DNA of 35,521 nt, taken from assembly GCA_964548595.1 (NCBI GenBank), contig CAZJQO010000003.1:1-35521 (forward strand), read 5' to 3'. The notes under the pieces were generated by a model that worked only from the letters and a program-made list of their open reading frames with translations, did not search any database and was not told the origin of the DNA. This stretch comes from Candidatus Micrarchaeota archaeon. GTDB lineage: Archaea > Micrarchaeota > Micrarchaeia > Micrarchaeales > CABMGC01. Below are positions 33,648 to 35,521 of the stretch, in pieces; the first letter of the stretch is position 1; the number at the start of each line of letters is the position of its first letter. The position numbers and the translations under genes are program-made.

Positions 33648-34841
33648 ATGCTCATGGGGGAAGAGAAAGCGATCGCTTCGACGGTATTGGACAGGATAAA
33701 CGCCAGCCGTTCGATATCAAAGGCGAACAAGAAGTACATAAACGATTTCGTCACGTACCTGCTGGCTAGGAACGCGAAGCGGCGCACCGTGGACAAATAT
33801 GTCTACCACTACGAGAAGATAATGAAGGCGATGGGCGGCGACAAGGACCTCATGAAGGCAGACAAGGAAGAAGTTGAGCGCGCCCTAGCTAAGATAAATG
33901 CTCTGAAGCTGAGCGATGAGGAGAAGCGCAAGGTAAGGGTTACGGTAAAGGTGCTGTACAAGCACTTCCTGGGCGAGGGTGACTACTATCCAAGGCAGGT
34001 CGCGTGGATACGCACCGGCGGCTCCAGGAACAGGATGCTGCCGCAAGATTTGCTGAGCGAGGCCGACGTGCTCAAGCTGATAGAATCGGGAAGGGACATA
34101 CGCGACAAGGCGCTCGTGGCCCTGCTCTTCGACACCGGCATGCGCATAGGCGAGCTCGCGGGGCTGCGGAAGAAGGACATAGACCTGGATTCAGAGCCGG
34201 CGCACGTGACGGTAAGCGGCAAGACCGGCATGAGGAAGGTGCCGATACTCTTCAGCGCGCCGTACGTGACGCAATACCTCGGAACGCTCAAGAACGCGAA
34301 GCCCGACGACTCGATCTGGCTCGCGATAGGCACATGGGGCAACACGGGCAAGCAGATAGGATCCGATGGGATAAGGCAGATGCTCAAGAGGCTCGGCAAG
34401 AAGGCGAAGATAGGCAAGAGAGTATATCCGCACCTGTTCCGCCACAGTCGGGCCACCTACTACGCCAACAGGCTGACGGAGCAGCAGCTCAAGTCGTTCT
34501 TCGGCTGGACCGGCGACAGTAGGATGGTCAGCACCTACGTGCACATGAGCGGCCGCGACATAGACGACGCGGTGCTGCAGGCGTACGGGAAGAAACCAAA
34601 GGAGGCGATGGCTCCGAAGCTCACGGAGAAGATATGCCCGAGGTGCAGGTACGCGAACGGCATCGATTTCCTGCACTGCCAGAGGTGCGGGGCGCCGCTC
34701 GACATGGGCTCTGTGCTGAAGGAGACGGAGGTCACCGGGACTCTCAAGGAGGAGATATTCGAGACGCTAAAGGATCCGAAGTTCCAGAGGGAAATACTGA
34801 AGGATGTGGAGAAGAGGATGAAGAAGAGGAAGGGGAATTGA
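33648..34841 (+). CDS. tyrosine recombinase / phage-type integrase with C-terminal zinc ribbon
   Basis: N-terminal SAM-like core-binding domain (TVDKYVYHYEKIMK). Catalytic-domain motifs are 'DTGMRIGELAGL' (Arg I), 'HLFRHSRATY' (HxxR) and 'MVSTYVHMS' (Tyr). An extra C-terminal 'CPRCRYANGIDFLHCQRCGAPL' zinc ribbon is present. AT-rich 'tatttatatatattt' lies upstream. Confidence 0.85.
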   Translation: MLMGEEKAIASTVLDRINASRSISKANKKYINDFVTYLLARNAKRRTVDKYVYHYEKIMKAMGGDKDLMKADKEEVERALAKINALKLSDEEKRKVRVTVKVLYKHFLGEGDYYPRQVAWIRTGGSRNRMLPQDLLSEADVLKLIESGRDIRDKALVALLFDTGMRIGELAGLRKKDIDLDSEPAHVTVSGKTGMRKVPILFSAPYVTQYLGTLKNAKPDDSIWLAIGTWGNTGKQIGSDGIRQMLKRLGKKAKIGKRVYPHLFRHSRATYYANRLTEQQLKSFFGWTGDSRMVSTYVHMSGRDIDDAVLQAYGKKPKEAMAPKLTEKICPRCRYANGIDFLHCQRCGAPLDMGSVLKETEVTGTLKEEIFETLKDPKFQREILKDVEKRMKKRKGN

Positions 34842-35504
34842 ATGGACGTTGGATTCCACAGGAGCCTGCTGCCGATAAGCAGCGTCAGTCTGCTTGGAAC
34901 ATGCGAAACAAGGTTCATGGAGAACGTAGAGGGCAGGCAGAAGGTAACAAAGCAGATGAAGGTAGGCAAGGTTATGCACGAGAGGCTTGCCGCGCCGCTG
35001 CCAAAGATAACGTTCGAGGAGGTAATAGACAAGATAAGGAGCGGAGGGACCGGAGGCGTCAGGGAGCTGCCGGTCACGGATGGCAAGCACAAGCTGGTGG
35101 GCAGGATAGACCAGCTCGAGCTGATGGGCATGAACGGGAATCACAGGAATGAGAGCGTGATAGTGGACGACAAGTACCCGAAGAGGCCGTATACGCAGAT
35201 GCCGCTATACCAGAAGCTGCAGCTCTCGGCCTATGCCACGGCTGTGGACAACTCCGACAAGCTCGGCGGCATATGCGAGGTGATAGGAGTAAGACTTACA
35301 TACAGAGAGGTCGGCACCCATAGAGTGCTGGGAAACTTCGGCATCGAGGGGAAGGCGCTTGACACCTGCAAGGATCATGTCGGCATCGCCGCGGACATGG
35401 CATGGAAGCTGTACAACAGGGAGAAGGAGCCGGAGCACAGGAGGTTCGACGTGGGAAGCGGGGAATGGATAGGGTGCTATTGCAGCGTCACGTCAGCTTT
35501 CTAG
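34842..35504 (+). CDS. PD-(D/E)xK nuclease, Cas4/RecB-like
   Basis: 220 aa. The ATG abuts the integrase TGA. The Cas4-like motif order is: N-terminal Cys (GTCETRF), 'GKVMHE', 'GRIDQLEL', 'IVDDKY' (D/ExK), 'QLSAYA' (QxxxY), and C-terminal Cys residues (TCKDH, GCYC) that could complete a 4Fe-4S site. Confidence 0.55.
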   Translation: MDVGFHRSLLPISSVSLLGTCETRFMENVEGRQKVTKQMKVGKVMHERLAAPLPKITFEEVIDKIRSGGTGGVRELPVTDGKHKLVGRIDQLELMGMNGNHRNESVIVDDKYPKRPYTQMPLYQKLQLSAYATAVDNSDKLGGICEVIGVRLTYREVGTHRVLGNFGIEGKALDTCKDHVGIAADMAWKLYNREKEPEHRRFDVGSGEWIGCYCSVTSAF

Positions 35505-35521
35505 CGCAGAAAGGTAAAGGT

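Larger units (their letters stand above)
33520..35521 (+). mobile_element. probable left end of a tRNA-integrated mobile element / provirus (extends beyond window)
   Basis: The tRNA 3' end is followed within 57 nt by an intact tyrosine integrase, then a translationally coupled Cas4-like nuclease. The right boundary is not in the window. Confidence 0.5.

Overview
Gene-dense archaeal chromosomal segment. The archaeal assignment rests on GatD/GatE, topoisomerase VI subunit A, membrane LonB, aIF5B, RFC small subunit, prefoldin alpha, uL15/uL30, archaeal-type TyrRS and a class III signal-peptide pilin. All identifications come from motif recognition in the ORF translations; no database search was possible. 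The core (about 1330-33500) is mostly housekeeping and extremely compact. Several convergent genes abut or overlap at their stop codons, several co-directional genes overlap start and stop, and many genes look leaderless, with a TATA-like box about 25-35 nt upstream. This suggests a small-genome (possibly DPANN-like) archaeon, which is inference only. Many long ORFs in the track are antisense shadows of real genes and were rejected. Accessory or unusual regions: (1) an AT-rich island at the left edge (1 to about 1300) carrying a partial SAM-methyltransferase and an alpha/beta hydrolase. (2) A decayed IS200/IS605-type TnpB remnant (about 7925-8345) whose 3' part forms nested perfect helices (omega-RNA-like) just upstream of rfcS. 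(3) A pilin plus secretion ATPase pair. (4) IleRS with both class I signature motifs non-canonical. (5) Two tandem long-form NDK paralogs. (6) A 974-aa four-module beta-helix surface protein. (7) At the right edge, tRNA-Thr(CGU) followed by an intact tyrosine integrase (with a C-terminal zinc ribbon) and a Cas4-like nuclease. This is most likely the left end of an integrated element that continues beyond the window, and it is the best candidate for anything novel. I saw no CRISPR array, no rRNA and no complete recognisable defence system.
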